Shown here: positions 25,400 through 38,655 of the stretch, piece by piece
Layout of the letters: the number at the start of each line of letters is the position of its first letter
How positions within the stretch are numbered: position 1 is the first letter of the stretch
DNA from: Eledone cirrhosa
Taxonomy: Eukaryota
Assembly: GCA_964016885.1 (NCBI GenBank)
Contig: OZ024748.1
Span: 28,892,001-28,956,000 of the forward strand
Reading direction: 5' to 3'
DNA: 64,000 nt
Made by a program: the position numbers and the translations under genes
The notes under the pieces: model-generated
Databases searched by the model: none
Told to the model about the DNA's origin: nothing
Seen by the model: the letters and a program-made list of their open reading frames with translations, nothing else

Positions 25400-27110
25400 G
25401 CATGCATATACCTATTTAGGAACAATCGACTTTCGTCAAATCGGACCGAGGAAACAATGTTTCTGTTGGTCTTTCCAATTGCTAATACTATCTATCGGTC
25501 GCAACTCCACATTCAATTTGGCCCCTTGTGGAATAATTTTCGTGTTGATTGATTGGTTCAATGGCATATGTAACAAGCAACACTGCCATTTTATCCAATT
25601 CGACATCAACAACTATTTTTCCATCACTCCTTCTTAAAGCTATTAATTTCGGCAAAACGCTCACAAAGGTTAAGGATTTCGAAGTTGATGTCATCTTAAA
25701 TGCTTGTAAGTCTGGGATAAATTATTAACTGTATTTGGCTTAAAATATCAAATAGTACTCCCTTTGACGTGAGCATGGGTGCCAGTGATTCAGTGGAGGT
25801 CACAGATCTTATTGGTCTATTTTTACTCTTTTCCATCAAGGATGAATTCCCTAACATAGGCGGGAGTCTATACCATGATGATGGTCTTTTGACTATGACT
25901 AAATGCGAACCCTGAGCTATTGATAGGTTTAGAAAAGAGCTTATCACTTTCTTTAAAGACTTCACCTTTTCCATTCAAGTTGCAGCCAACTTATCTTTCA
26001 TGAATTTCCTTGATGTTACACTCAATATGCCGAATAGCCTGTACTACCCATATAGAAAGCCTAATGACACATTAAATTACATTAGTAAACATTCTAACCA
26101 TCCAGCCAGCATAACTAAAAATCTGGTCAAAAACAACTCATTGAGACTTTTTTTATTTATCAGCTAATGAGCATATTAGCTGATCATTCCACATATTACA
26201 ATGAAGCTCTAGCCCGGAGTGCATTTCTAGATAAAGTAGGATACACTAAGTAAGAGCAAAAACCTAGGAAAAATAGATCCAGATGCATTCCATATAATAT
26301 GGAAGTCGCCTCACCAATAGCTAAAATCTTTCTTATTCTTACTTTAATTGGGACACATTTCCCAATAGCATATAACACAAGATTTTTAATAGAAACACAG
26401 TTAAAATATCCTATTCCAGAACTCACTGCATCTAACTTAGTGAAATTACCTAGCCATAATAATATAAACAATCCTAAAGTTAGGTCTAGCTGCAGTTGTA
26501 TCAATAGGGACTACTGCCCTCTAGCCAGGAAATGCCTATCAAGCAATATAGTTTACAAATATAAGGTTGAGACACCCACTACTAGTAAGGCTTTCACAGA
26601 GTTAACTGCCAATAAATTTAAGCAGCGTCTGTACATGCACTCTCATTTATTTCGAAACCCTTTAACCCATTAATGTTCAAACCGGCCAAAACCGGCCAGA
26701 ATTCTCTACCTCTTTCTGTTCAAACTGGTTGTAACTGGTCGCTCATACTGCTGTTAAGGTATTGTTCTCAAAATAAATACTTTCAAAATTTCATAGATTC
26801 GATATTATGTGAGGTAAAGCCTTTACCATGAAAATATAATAGTGTATATAGAATAATGTGAATGCTAAAGGGTTAAGAAGAAATATGACTTCACTTACAG
26901 CCTGTAGCTGGAGTTTAAAAGACAACATCCAATACAGGTTAAACAGGGCGATCTTAGCTAAAGCTAGAACCTATAACAGAAATGAAAGACTGTGTGACCT
27001 TTGTGCAGCTGAAACCTGGGAAATCCTTTATTCCAACGAATCTTAAACAAAAAATCTGAGGCAATTTTGGCTTGTAAGCATAAACTACATAAAATATTTT
27101 TGTATTGCAG
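25400..27110 (+). mobile_element. Penelope-like element (RT + CxCx5C linker + GIY-YIG), decayed, flanked by inverted copies of its tail (about 25110-25420 and 27170-27500)
   Basis: FIQFDINNYF, PFDVSMGASDSVEVTDLIGL, LYHDDGL, NFLDVTL, YRKPN...SNHP, CSCINRDYCPL...NIVY, CDLCAAE. Confidence 0.85.
26666..26872. mobile_element. piggyBac-type MITE inserted into the PLE endonuclease
   Basis: TTAA at 26662-26665 and 26873-26876, CCC...GGG ends; removing it rejoins FRNPL-RRNMTSL in frame. Confidence 0.85.
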
Positions 27111-27167
27111 CCCAACACTATATCCTAATGGGATGTGGTAGCTAAGAACAATCTAACTTTATACTCA

Positions 27168-27208
<41 letters not shown>

Positions 27209-27984
27209 GGTGTATATGCATGTGTGTGTGTATGTGTATATATGCGAGTATATGTATGTGTATGTATACATTTGTGCACACATATGCAAACGCACATATG
27301 TACACGTGTATATATGTATGTAAAATTTTCATATACTATATCTTTGTTTACGCATGCATCCATACCAGTCAGCGCATACTTATTTATGAGCCTAAATCCG
27401 AAAAACATTATTATTAATGTTTCTCATTATTATTATTACTTTTACTATTATTAATACCTTCAGTATTTTTGTGTTTAATCATTTACATAATTTTCCATAT
27501 CTGAAAATATATGGCTTGACATGCATAGCTGAGTTGAAAGTGGTATCACAACTGGCTGGTGTAAAATCAGTTGGCTGGAATTTGCAAATGATGTTACTCA
27601 ACTCGACAGAAGGTGATCTCTGACTTGCACTTGATAGGTTTGATGCTGAGTGCTGAATGACTGAAATAAAAATCAGTGCTGCAAAAAGTAAGACACTAAT
27701 CCTTTCAAGGAAACCTGCACATCGTCGTTGTTGTTACAGCTCACACCTATGCAGGTTTAGCTGGCCTCCTCCGAGGTATATCTCGTTGGAGGTGTCTTGG
27801 GTGATTTAATGAAAGAGACCCCAGTCCTATCATCTCATTTCTACAGCTAAGTAAACTGGAGTAACGTGAAATAAAGTGTCTTGCTCAAGGAAACAACACA
27901 TTACCCGGTCCGAGAATTGAACTTACAACCTTTCGATTGCAAACCCAATGCTCTAACCACTAAGCCATGTGCCTTCACATGTAC

Positions 27985-28620
27985 TCTACATGTGAATGGA
28001 GTTTCACTGAAGCAGGTGAAATTCAAGTATCTTGGGGCCGTGCTCACGAGTGATGGAAGGCATGAGGCTGAGTTAAATGCAAGAATTACAGGAGCTAGTG
28101 CAGTAATGTGCCAGCTTCAGCATTCAGTAATCAGAAGGGAGGTAGGTGAAAAAGTCAAATGCAATATCTTCAATTCAGTATTCATGCCAAACCTTACCTA
28201 TGGTAATGAATCATGGGTAATGACCAAAAGAATATGATTGCAAATACCTGCTTGCAAGGGATCTGAGGTCTGCTCTCACCACCACCGCCCATGTTTTTCA
28301 TGGTCTTCCTCTATTGCGTCTTCCTTCTAGGATTTCTTGGCACTTCTTTACCCAGCGGTCATCCGCCATGTGCATCACATGTCCATACTATCGCAGTCTT
28401 CTCTCCTGCATACTACAACTTATCACTCTTATACACAGTTTCTCTCTCAACTCATCTATGCTTGGTCGTTCACACACATTGACATTGCACATCCAACGGA
28501 GCATGCTTGCTTCATTTCTCTTCAGCTGTCGCATATCTTCTGCAGTTGCTGCCCATGTCTCACTACCATGCAGCATCGTGCATCTCATACAAGCTTCATA
28601 TAACCGTCCTTTCGCATGCA
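27985..28620. mobile_element. Adjacent RTE fragments: family B (+, about 27985-28245) and family A (-, about 28250-28620)
   Basis: KQVKFKYLG...YGNESW; KGRLYEAC...MLHGSETW. Confidence 0.8.
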
Positions 28621-29166
28621 GTATATATATGTATATATGTGTGTGTGTGTTCATATTTTTATTTATATATTATTTTTTAGAAAATATGTAATTCAATGGT
28701 TGCAACCTTTGATTGGTACTAACCCACCACTCTGTTTTCCTCTTCACACTCAAATCACACTCTATCTCCTATCAATCTTTCAACTCTTGGTCATCACTCT
28801 CAGTCATGTTTGCTTCAAAAGACTGGAGACTGCATAATGTGGAGAGGCTGCCTGAGTTTTACAGTAGCAAGAAAACCTCTCTAGTGTTGGTGCCATGTTG
28901 AAAAGCACTTAGTTCACTCAGGAAAATGATTGATAATCAATTTATATTGAAACATTGGGAAGAAAGGACTGTTTAGTTTTGTTGAGGACATGATAACTTA
29001 TCTAGTACTGGTAATCTCCACATTCTGTAAAGCAGTTGAAATTAAGAAAGGCATCCAGCTGTAGAAACCATGTCAAAATTTGGAATACACAAGCATAATG
29101 TGGTATAGATTTTTGAATGTATGATTTCAAAATGGCATAAAAATAACACAACATTAACAAACATAC

Positions 29167-29321
29167 CCAATTTGGACTGGGCCCCTACACAACTCAACTC
29201 CTGGACGGTGAGATCTTGCATCGAGACGGGCTTGAGCAACTTTTAGAGGATCTTCCTTGTCTCTGATGGCCTTCTCTAGATTTTCAATATTTTTCTCTTC
29301 ATCGTTAATTTCCTGGCACAC
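29167..29321 (-). CDS. TEKT4: Tektin-4, exon 6 (tektin signature loop RPGVELCRG)
   Basis: VCQEINDEEKNIENLEKAIRDKEDPLKVAQARLDARSHRPGVELCRGPVQI; cag acceptor, GTATGT donor. Confidence 0.95.
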
Positions 29322-30489
29322 CTGTGAGAAAAAAAAATCCACTATATTTTTGTTCATAACTGCAAGACAGTTGATCTCTATAGCAGCACATGATCATTTT
29401 TCTTTTTTTTATACCAGTACAGTTGGGTCTGCCTGAACAGGTAGCTTTTGATGATTTTTCTTTCTTTAAGCTCCACAAGCCTATCTCAAAGATCTTCAAT
29501 TCTTTGTAAGTGAAATTTGGTAGACAGAAACTATGTGAAGCTCCATCATGCATGTAGGTATGTGTGTGTGTATACATATATATATATATATATGTATACA
29601 CACACACATACCTACATGTAGGTGTCGGTGTCACGAAAAAAAAACACACAGTCCACGCTGTAATGTGGCCGTGTAGGTAACATGGTAAAAATCTCCCAGT
29701 CCACACTGTAAACGTGGTTGGTGTTAGGAAGGGCATCCAGCCGTAGAAAACCCGCAGGACAACCAATCTTGCCTCAAGTGGGAAAACTCCCGTCCAAACC
29801 CATGCAAGCGTGGAAGATGGATGTTAAACGATGATGATGATGATGATATATATATATATATATATATGGGTGCTTATGTCTTGTAACTTGATTGTTTAAT
29901 AAAAAAAAATTAATAAAATGAGACTTGAAAAAATATGTAATGGCATCAATATAAACAAACTTTAAAGCAGTGCTGTAAAGTAAAAAGTCAACCTGTAGGA
30001 TTAAGAGCCATTTGAAGATAAACAACTATAAACAGGTATAAAAGAGAGTATGAATAAAGGCTGGTGTTACCATTAAGGCCAACTTGGCAGCCAGCTAGAC
30101 CACAGTTTTATACAGGACTGGCAGTACCATTAAAGTCAACTATGCAGCCACCTAGGGCACATAACTCAGAGGGGTGCATTACTGAGCATTAAAGGATCAC
30201 AGTTTTGTACAAATTTGCACAATTAAATTGAATATATAATAATTTCCTGTGATAAATAAATCACCATATATTGTTGACTTACAGCAGTGTTGTAGAAATA
30301 TCCAAAGCAGTGGAGAAGATTGTATGGTGTTATGACCTGTTACATGATTTGGTGTAGGTGAGTGTGAACTGTGTAGTGGAAGATGCAGGCTTAGTAATTT
30401 TCTTTGTGTGGTCAAAAGAGTAAAAAACTAGCTGACTAAACTGTAAGTTGAAATTATTTTATTTGGGAGAATGGGGCACATAATTGGGA

Positions 30490-30740
30490 GAGGTGAAAGC
30501 ACATTGTAAAGCTAGTCTGGGGTGCTAAATACTCAGGCACACATTGTAGAGCTAGTTTAGTGTGCTAAATACCCAGATACACATTGTAGAGCTAATCTAG
30601 GCTGCTAAATACCCAGGTACATATTGAAGAGCTGGCATAGATGCTAAATACCAATACACACACTGTAGAACTAGCTTAGGGTACTAAATATCTAAACACA
30701 TTGTAGAACTAATCAAGGATGCTAAATACTGAGACACTGG
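30490..30740. repeat. About 38-bp tandem repeat (cacattgtagagctag...tgctaaatacccag)
   Basis: About six diverged tandem units just downstream of the exon 5 donor. Confidence 0.8.
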
Positions 30741-30785
30741 CTCTGGTTTGTGAGCTACAGCAATATCTTCACACCAGATAAATAC

Positions 30786-31008
30786 CTTCTTTAAATGGCT
30801 TTCATATCTAAATTTGGCATCATCAAATTCTTGCAGACATTTCTGGAAGGCAGTTTGGACAATCTTGTTCTGTTCACACATGTCTCTAGAAGTATCATTA
30901 AATATATTTTTCCCACATTCTCTCAACTGAATTGAAGACTTTCGCTCATTTTCAGCCAGAACTATGTTGTCATGAGTGAACTGTGCCCACGATTCAGGAG
31001 TTGACTGT
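30786..31008 (-). CDS. TEKT4: Tektin-4, exon 5
   Basis: QSTPESWAQFTHDNIVLAENERKSSIQLREC...DAKFRYESHLKK; phase 2 in, phase 0 out. Confidence 0.93.
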
Positions 31009-31053
31009 CTGCAATGAAATAAGCAAATATATATATATATATATATATATATA

Positions 31054-31926
31054 CAGGGTGCGGGCGATATTTGTTCGCAAGATTACTGTCAAGGAAAAAA
31101 TAACACAGTAATTTTATTTTTTAAGATTTATTTATCAAACTTGGGTCAGTTTGTCTTCATGACTTGTTCTTTCGATCTCACTCGATAAACCCGCCATTGG
31201 CTTTGATGACGGCCTCGGAACCGGCTACAGGCCTTCATCACTGTCCCTCGACTTAGGCCCCTAAAGGCACTTGTGATCCTGGACTTCAGATCGTCTTTCG
31301 TATTTCGTATTGCAGCTAGATCTGTTGGTGTCTCGTTCCTCTGCGCCCCACACAAAGAAGTCGAGGGAGTTGCAGTCAGGCGAGATGGGAGGCCAGATGT
31401 CAGTTGAAGTGTGGTCGACGAAGTTCTCTGACAGCCAGGCTTGGGTCTTTTGGCTGGTATGGCAGGGCGCTGAGTCTTGCTGCCACACGTACATCCTACC
31501 TGCAGCTACCTGGTCGATCTAGGGCTTTACTACCTCGCTCAGAACGCAGATGTAGCCATTGGTGTTCAGCTTGAGGCCTTCAGGGAAGAAGTGAGGTGGC
31601 ATGATGTCACCTTGACTGCTGACGACACCTAAGACCAATGTTGTCACTGGAAACTTTGTCTGCATGACTCTGGGCACATCTTTGGATGAGACAGCGAGCC
31701 ACCTGTTGTTCTGGGAGTTGATCTTCTGGTCTTATTTGTCCTCCCGGCGCGGATTCCAAGAAGAACACTGTGTCTCTTCCACAAATTTGGAGGTTCAAAA
31801 TTATTCATAATCAATTATTTTGAAAATAAATAATGGAAATATAGTCACTGTTTTTATGAGTGACAACGGAAGTAAAAAAATTTGCATAAAATTAGCAGTT
31901 GAAAATTGCGAACAAATAACATCCAC

Positions 31927-31932
<6 letters not shown>
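31054..31932 (-). mobile_element. Internally deleted DD37D (maT-type) Tc1/mariner transposon
   Basis: TIRs cagggtgcgggcgatatttgttcgcaa / ttgcgaacaaataacatccacaccct within (TA)n; QQDSAPCH...WPPISPDCNSLD with 37 residues between the last two catalytic Asp. Confidence 0.88.
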
Positions 31933-32001
<69 letters not shown>

Positions 32002-32146
32002 TAATATATGTATATATATATTAATATATATATATATATATACATATATTAATATATATATAAAAAGTAAACAGAAAACAATGCAGGAGAATAATACAGT
32101 ACAAGAAGAATTATATTAGTTTATTGCTTGATATAGTAGGAAAAGA

Positions 32147-32184
32147 ATCTAAACATTTCAGACATTAGCCTTCATCAGAAGATA
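32147..32184 (-). ncRNA. Hammerhead-like motif with degenerate helices I and III
   Basis: aucuu CUGAUGA aggc-uaau-gucu GAAA ugu UU agau. Confidence 0.45.
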
Positions 32185-32405
32185 GAATGAGACTAAGGCG
32201 CTGAAACAACTAAGCACCCTTATGGGCATCAGCTGATACCTTCGTGAGGCAAGCCACCAATGATGAGAAGAAGAATATGGTCAGTGGCCTAGCCCCACCA
32301 AACATCAAATGCCATAAGCTGGAAAAAACAGTTTGCTGATGTTACATAGCAGCACCATGTAACAAATAACCAATTTCCCTACAAAGTAGAAAGAGCCATA
32401 CTTAC

Positions 32406-32549
32406 ATTTCCTGGAAATTAGCTGAACCTGGAAAGAATTGCTTGTTGGTGTGGTGGTTCCTTAGAATAGCACAGTGGTTGTCTATCTGAAGCGAGTCCTT
32501 CTTATCACTCCAATCCAACTCCAACTTCTGTTTGGCAAGACGATTATTC
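32406..32549 (-). CDS. TEKT4: Tektin-4, exon 4
   Basis: NNRLAKQKLELDWSDKKDSLQIDNHCAILRN...FPGSANFQE; cag acceptor, GTAAG donor; phase 2/2. Confidence 0.93.
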
Positions 32550-32908
32550 CTGGCAATGATATAATCAAACATGCCACTGATTGACAGAGTTTATAAACTG
32601 TGCAAATGGCAAATATATGTATATGTAGCAAGAGCTTGACATGTCAACCATTCTGCACTACATAACTTCAACTTGTTAAATAAACATTGTACATACAACC
32701 TAGTGTCTCTTTTATATTCACACAACCCAGTAAACCTGTTATATATATATATATATATATATCAATGTACGATGTCGAATTTTGAGCTTTTAAGTGCTGA
32801 GAATACATATATAAGTATAAAGGATGATGTGCTTAAGCGTAGAGATGCTATAAAATAGCTTATGAAATAGGGTGAAGACTCTTTAAAGATGGAAAAAGAA
32901 GTTGCCAT

Positions 32909-32982
32909 TGGCCCCTATGAGGAATTGATCCCCATTTCTCCCAGATCCTGTCTAGGCGATTTAACCATTAAGTTAAGAAACC
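32909..32982 (-). pseudogene. tRNA-like cloverleaf (tRNA pseudogene or SINE head)
   Basis: Acceptor GGUUUCU/AGGGGCC, anticodon stem CCUAG/CUGGG, T-arm with non-canonical AUCAAUU loop. Confidence 0.4.
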
Positions 32983-33169
32983 ATGACCCCCCCCCCCCCC
33001 CATCTTTTTAACTATATATATATATATATACACACACACACAATTGATGAAAGCTGGTTGATCATATAATCTGCCAATTTTTTGGTAAACAGATGTAAAG
33101 CACTCTACGATCTGTATTCCTTAGGATTTTCTCGGTAAGGTATTAACTGGAGTTTCAATATAATGAATA

Positions 33170-33530
33170 AGAGAGACGATTTTATTCATACATCTTTTTA
33201 TTACATAATTCTATTAGACGTTTTTCAAAGATATCAAAGTTGTTACATAATAACTCTCTGGCATGTTCTCATATGATAGCATAACATGTAGTTCAATTTT
33301 TTTTTTATTTGTTACTGGTTTCTCGTAGTGTGAATAGTACTAGAATACCAATATTATTCATATGTATACTGGTCAACAATGTAAACAATATGAAAAGCCA
33401 GTAACATATAAAAAAAATAGAACAATACATCTTACACCATCTGATGAGAACATGCCAGAGTGTTATTATGTAACAACTCTAACATCTTCGAAATATGTAT
33501 AATAGAATTGTGTAATAAAAAGATGTACAA
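33170..33530. repeat. Degenerate inverted repeat; each arm carries a decayed hammerhead motif (33211-33279 minus, 33437-33505 plus)
   Basis: Arms share ttgttacataataactctctggcatgttctcat / atgagaacatgccagagtgttattatgtaacaa; CUGAUGA...GAAA in the plus arm. Confidence 0.6.
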
Positions 33531-34074
33531 ATAAAACTGTCCCTCTAATTCATTATATATATATATAAAACATATTAAATTTAAGTGAAAAAAACTCTGT
33601 TTATGGGAGTATAAGCCAGACAGAAAAATATAAGTTAGTCTCACTTATATATACATCTCCGATGGTTTCATTCACAGAAGAACAATTATTGGAATAACCA
33701 ATACTGGAAGAATACTAAATGATTAAATATATTAGGATTATGTGACAGGCTTATAATGAATGATGCTAGAAATAACAGCCAAATTATTATTTTATCCATT
33801 CTTTTTCATGCACCTTATCAACAGAGTAGTTCTGCAATCTGTCACATAAACTGACATTACATGCGCAATACAATCTTAATGAGCAAAGCTGAACACCAGC
33901 AGGGAATCTGATCTGGTAGAAATTCACTTATCTGTCTATCTTATGGAACTTTTTTTTTTAGTGTATTTTCTAATGATACTATAACTATACCCATGCTAGC
34001 ATGAAACATGGACGTTAAATGATGATGGGGATAATGGTGATATACAAATATATACATGCATATATATATATCAT

Positions 34075-35820
34075 AATCATTACCGTTTAATGTCCATTTT
34101 TCCACGCTATCATGGGTTAGACGAGTTATCCAGATGCGAGCCAAGCACAAGATCAGATGACCGTGCCTTTCTCACACTGGACCAATTTTGGCTTGGTTTC
34201 TATGGCTGGATACCCTTCCTAATGCCAACCACATTTACAGTGGAGTGGATTGGGGAAGGTGCATGGGGATTGGAGAGGTAGATCTAGGTTAGGGCACTTA
34301 TCAATTGAGGGGTGGATCCTAGGAGGGGTGTTAGGATGTTGGAGGTGTATAGAAAGTGGAGGTAAGAGAGAGTATTGCCTACTAGATGTATGCTTCACCC
34401 TGTGCGCATAGGAAGGCAGATCTTCTGTATTACTGTATAACGCCAGAGATCTTGATCCTGTGTCATTGCTTTTGAGAGATATAATTGTGCAAGGTCAGCT
34501 TTTATCACCTCATCCCAAGTCTTCCTAGATCATCCTTCTCCATAGCTTCCATCAAATTTGATTATTACATAACCATCAAAGCATGCCAGTTTCATTTCTT
34601 TCCAATCTTTGTAGATCCTCTACACACAGTGCCCAGGTCTCACCACCATGTAACAGTTTTGTTCGTATACATGTATCATACAATCTGCCCTTCATTTTGA
34701 GAGAAAAACCTTTTGCAACTATCAGTGGTAGTAGTTTCCTGAACTTTTTTCGATCCCGTTCACACTCTGGCTACTGTATTTTCAACACACCTACCTACAC
34801 AGCTAATTTAGTCATCCAGGTAGCAGAAGCTGTCCAGTGCTTCTACAGAACCTTCCAAGAATTTGATAGCACTTGTTTCCTGTGGGTGTTTGTTACTTAC
34901 TGCTCCTAAGCAACAGCCAAAAGTAAAACCTACATTTTTAGCTAACCTACCTGAGATCCCACTACAACTCTTATGTACCCATAGCTTGCATTTGGGACAG
35001 AGGATGGAATTTCTATCCACCCCTTTTCTACACATTGAGCAGGGCCATTTCCCTGATGGGATCAGGGTCTTGTTTTTCTTACTTCTTACTAGAACTTTGG
35101 TCTTTGCCAAGTTGATTTTAAGACCTTTTGATTCCAGGTTATGCTTTCAGGTCAGGAATTTTTTCTCTTGTTCTGTCATAGATTCAGCTATGAGAGTTAG
35201 ATCATCAGCATACAGGAGTTCCCAAGGGCATCCTGTTTTAAACTCTTCTGTAATAACCTGGAGGATGATAATAAACAGGAAAGGGTTAAGGACAGAACCT
35301 TGATGGAACCCAACTTGCACACTAAACTCCTCATTATTAATTTTAACCTTAATGACCGCACTTCCGTACATGGCTTGCAATGCTCTCACTAGCCACTCTT
35401 CTACTTCTAGTTTTCTAAGTCAAAAGCTTTCTCTAGGTTGACAAATGCTAAGTAGAGGCGTTTGCTTTTAGCTAGATATTTCTCCTGCAGCTGCCTCACA
35501 AGGAAGAGGACCTCCATGGTACTTTTTCCGGGCACAAATGCGAACTGCATCTCATCTAGGTTAATTTGATCCCTAATCAGTTGTACAATGACTCTTTCTG
35601 TAACTTTCATGACCTGATCCATCAGTTTGATGCCACGATAACAGTTAACGATGATGCTGCTATCCCAGTTATTAGGTATAGCACCATTTTGTATTACTTG
35701 GTTAACAATATAAGTAGTTATGGTATGTCCTACCACCCCAGATGCTTTCAGTACCTTAGAAACTGTTCCCGATGGCCCCACTGCTTTGTCTGTTTTCATG
35801 TCCTTAATTACCTCCTTAAT
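34075..35820 (-). mobile_element. RTE family A copy, decayed, with internal deletions
   Basis: MQFAFVPGK, AFVNLEKAFD, LLYADDL, KWPCSMC...WVHKSCSG, FCYL; 3' tail. Confidence 0.9.
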
Positions 35821-35824
35821 TAGC

Positions 35825-36840
35825 TCCTTCAAATGCCCAGATGTTTCTATAGAAATAGTCGACACTTTCCGTTACCTGGGTGATGCAATCAGCAGTGGAG
35901 GAGGGTGTTCCGAAAGTACAGTAGCCAGAGTAAGAATGGGATGGAGAAAGTTCAGAGAGTTTAAACTGCTGTTAGCTACAAAAGGTTTTCCCCTTAAAAT
36001 GAAGGACAGATTGTACAATGCATATATACGAGCAGCAATGTTACATAGTAGTGAGACATGGGCACTGTGTGCAGAGGACCTGCAAAGATTGGAAAGAAAT
36101 GAAGCATGCATGCTCTGATGGATTTACAGGGAACGGCAAAGCGTAAATGAACTGAGAGAGAAATTAGGCATAAGAGGGATCAGATGCAGTATACTAGAGA
36201 GGAGATTTCGTTGGTATGGTCATGTGATGCATATGAAGGACAACAGCAGTATAAAAAGGTGCAGCGCGACCAAAATTGATGGAAGCTATGGAGTAGGAAG
36301 ACCCAGGAAGACTTGGGACAAGTAAAAGCTGACCTTGCGCAATTGCACCTCTCAAAGATAATGACACAGGATCGAGATCTTTGGCATTATGCAGTAATAC
36401 AGAAAACCCGTCTTCCCATGTGCACGAACTCAAACATACATCTAATAGACACCTCTTAACCACTATACTCCCTTCCGTACACCCCTCACAACTCTACACC
36501 CACCCTCCCACTTCTGTTCACACTACCCTTACACTGTAAAGTTATGTTGATATCATAAAAATCACCCAGCCCACACTGTAAAGTGGTTGTGTAGATGTCA
36601 CTACAAAAAGCACTCAGCCCACACTGTAAGGTGGTCTTGTAGGTGTCACTACAAAAAGCACCCAGCACACAATGTAAATGTGGTTGGCATTAGGAAGGAC
36701 ATCCAGCTGTAGAAATCTAGCCAGAAACAGTCCTATATAAGCAAGACATGGTCACCTGACCCAACTTGTCTCTAATAGGACAACCCATGCTAGCTTGGAA
36801 AATAGATGTTAAACAATGATAATGATGATGATGATGACAT
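35825..36840 (+). mobile_element. RTE family A 3' fragment abutting the previous copy back-to-back
   Basis: FRYLGDAISSGGGCSES...AMLHSSETW; tail ending in (TGA)n. Confidence 0.88.
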
Positions 36841-36939
36841 ATATTAATATATACATATATTGACATAAATACAAACATACATACATATACATACTGAGAG
36901 TTAACTGTACCAAACTATGGCATAATCCAGCATTATATA

Positions 36940-37130
36940 CGGCGGTGGATTAGCAGTATCGGTAGAGGGTCGGACACCATGCTTTGCAGCATAGAGTTAC
37001 GGCCCTTGCCATTCTGAGTTCAAAACCCGCTGAGGTTAACTTTGCCTTTCATCCTTACGGGGTTGATAAAATAAAGTACCAGTAATGTACTGGGTAATTG
37101 CTGGCCTTGTGCCAAAAGTAGAAACAATTA
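36940..37130 (+). mobile_element. Full-length tRNA-derived SINE
   Basis: Head ggcggtggattagcagtatcggtagag, B-box gagttcaaaaccc, family core. Confidence 0.85.
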
Positions 37131-37253
37131 TATGTATATATATATATACATATACACACACAAACACAGAGTGATATACACACACACACACATAAACAGA
37201 CAGACATAACTCACACATGCATACACACATAGTGTATATAAGTAAGTACCTAC

Positions 37254-37324
37254 TCAATTTGTTCCTCAGTTTTTGCAATCGTTTTCTTCAGAAGTTCCTG
37301 AATACTGTTAATCAACTTCACTTC
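37254..37324 (-). CDS. TEKT4: Tektin-4, exon 3
   Basis: EVKLINSIQELLKKTIAKTEEQI; ttccag acceptor, GTAGGT donor; phase 0/2. Confidence 0.92.
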
Positions 37325-37454
37325 CTGGAACATTTTGAAAATCAAGTTGTTACATCTAACTTCCATGTTATACTTTGTTTTATAGAATACATCTATAGAT
37401 TTTACACTCTCCCTCTCTCTCTTTCACTGTGTATATATATATATATATATATAT

Positions 37455-37880
37455 ATTGTTATACTTTGGGAGGGTCATGTTGCCAATAAGAAACACACGC
37501 ACCAGTTGCTTTCACTTCAATTTATTATAATGAATTTATAATAAATTTATAATAAATTTATAAATTTATAAATTTCTGGTTGGTTGGTTGGTTCCACAAC
37601 CAGATAGTTGTTTATATATTGTCATAGTTCTTTCGTCACACACTCTGTGACCTCTTCAGTGACTGGGGATTCCTTTCTTTGTTTCTGTGCCGCTCCTTTG
37701 TTCTGTCCTATGCCATTTTGTTTCTGTGTGTGTATTTTAAATTTATTATAATAAATTGAAGTGAAAGCAACTGGTGCGTGTGTTTCTTATTGGCAACATG
37801 ACCCTCCCAAAGTATAACAATATCGGTTTCAACACACGATTTCAGATAAAGAATCTTGCTAAACAAATTCAGAAACGAAA
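37455..37880. mobile_element. Short non-coding derivative of the 22990-24730 PLE tail with ~80-bp inverted arms, in (TA)n
   Basis: tattgttatactttgggagggtcatgttgccaataag... (about 37455-37530) mirrored at about 37742-37822. Confidence 0.85.
37621..37663 (-). ncRNA. Minimal type-I hammerhead ribozyme motif
   Basis: guca CUGAAGA g gucaca-gagug-ugugac GAAA gaac UA ugac. Confidence 0.75.
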
Positions 37881-38004
37881 TATATATATATATATATACA
37901 TATACGAAATTATAATAAAATAAGAGGAAATAATAGACATATCTATAGATTTTACACTCTCCCTCTCTCTCTCTTTCACTGTATACATATATATATATAT
38001 ATTT

Positions 38005-38655
38005 TCAAATGCAGGAGGGCGCTATAGAAGTGGTGAATAGCTTCCGGTACCTAGGAGATCAGATTAGCATGGGAGGAGGGTGTTCCGAGGCCATAGTATC
38101 TAGAATAAGGACGGGTTGGAAGAAGTTTAGGGAGCTGCTTCCTCTGTTGACGAAGAAGGGTTTATCCCTGCGTACGAAAGGCCGGTTGTATGATGCCTGT
38201 GTGAGGAGCGCGATGCTGCATGGTAGTGAGACATGGGCAGCAACTGCAGAGGATATGCGACGGCTGGAGAGAAATGAGGCAAGCATGCTCCGTTGGATGT
38301 GCAGTGTAAATGTGTGTGAACGACCCAGCATAAATGTGTTGAGAGAGAAACTGTGTCTGAGAGGGATAGAATGTAGTGTACAGGAGAGGATACTGAGGTG
38401 GTATGGACATGTGATGCGCATGGAGGATGACCGATGGGTGAAGAAGTGCCAGGAAATGCCAGTTGAAGGAAGACGTGGTAGAGGTAGACCACGAAAAACA
38501 TGGGCGGAGGTGGTGAGAACAGACCTCAGATCATTGAAGCTCACGGTGGAGATGACGAAGGACCGTGACGAGTGGAGAGATGCTGTGCTGAATAAGACCC
38601 GTCCCACCCTTGCAAGCAGGGAAAAGCGGACGTAAAATGATGATGATGATGATGA

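Noticed and set aside
25400-27110. Possible selenoprotein-encoding (Naiad-type) PLE
   Set aside because: The conserved Cys codons I read are TGT/TGC, the TGA near 25913 is not at a Cys position, no SECIS was recognised and the copy is frameshifted
34075-36840. Twin-priming inversion of a single RTE
   Set aside because: Both halves contain the same 3' region and each has its own tail, so they are two insertions
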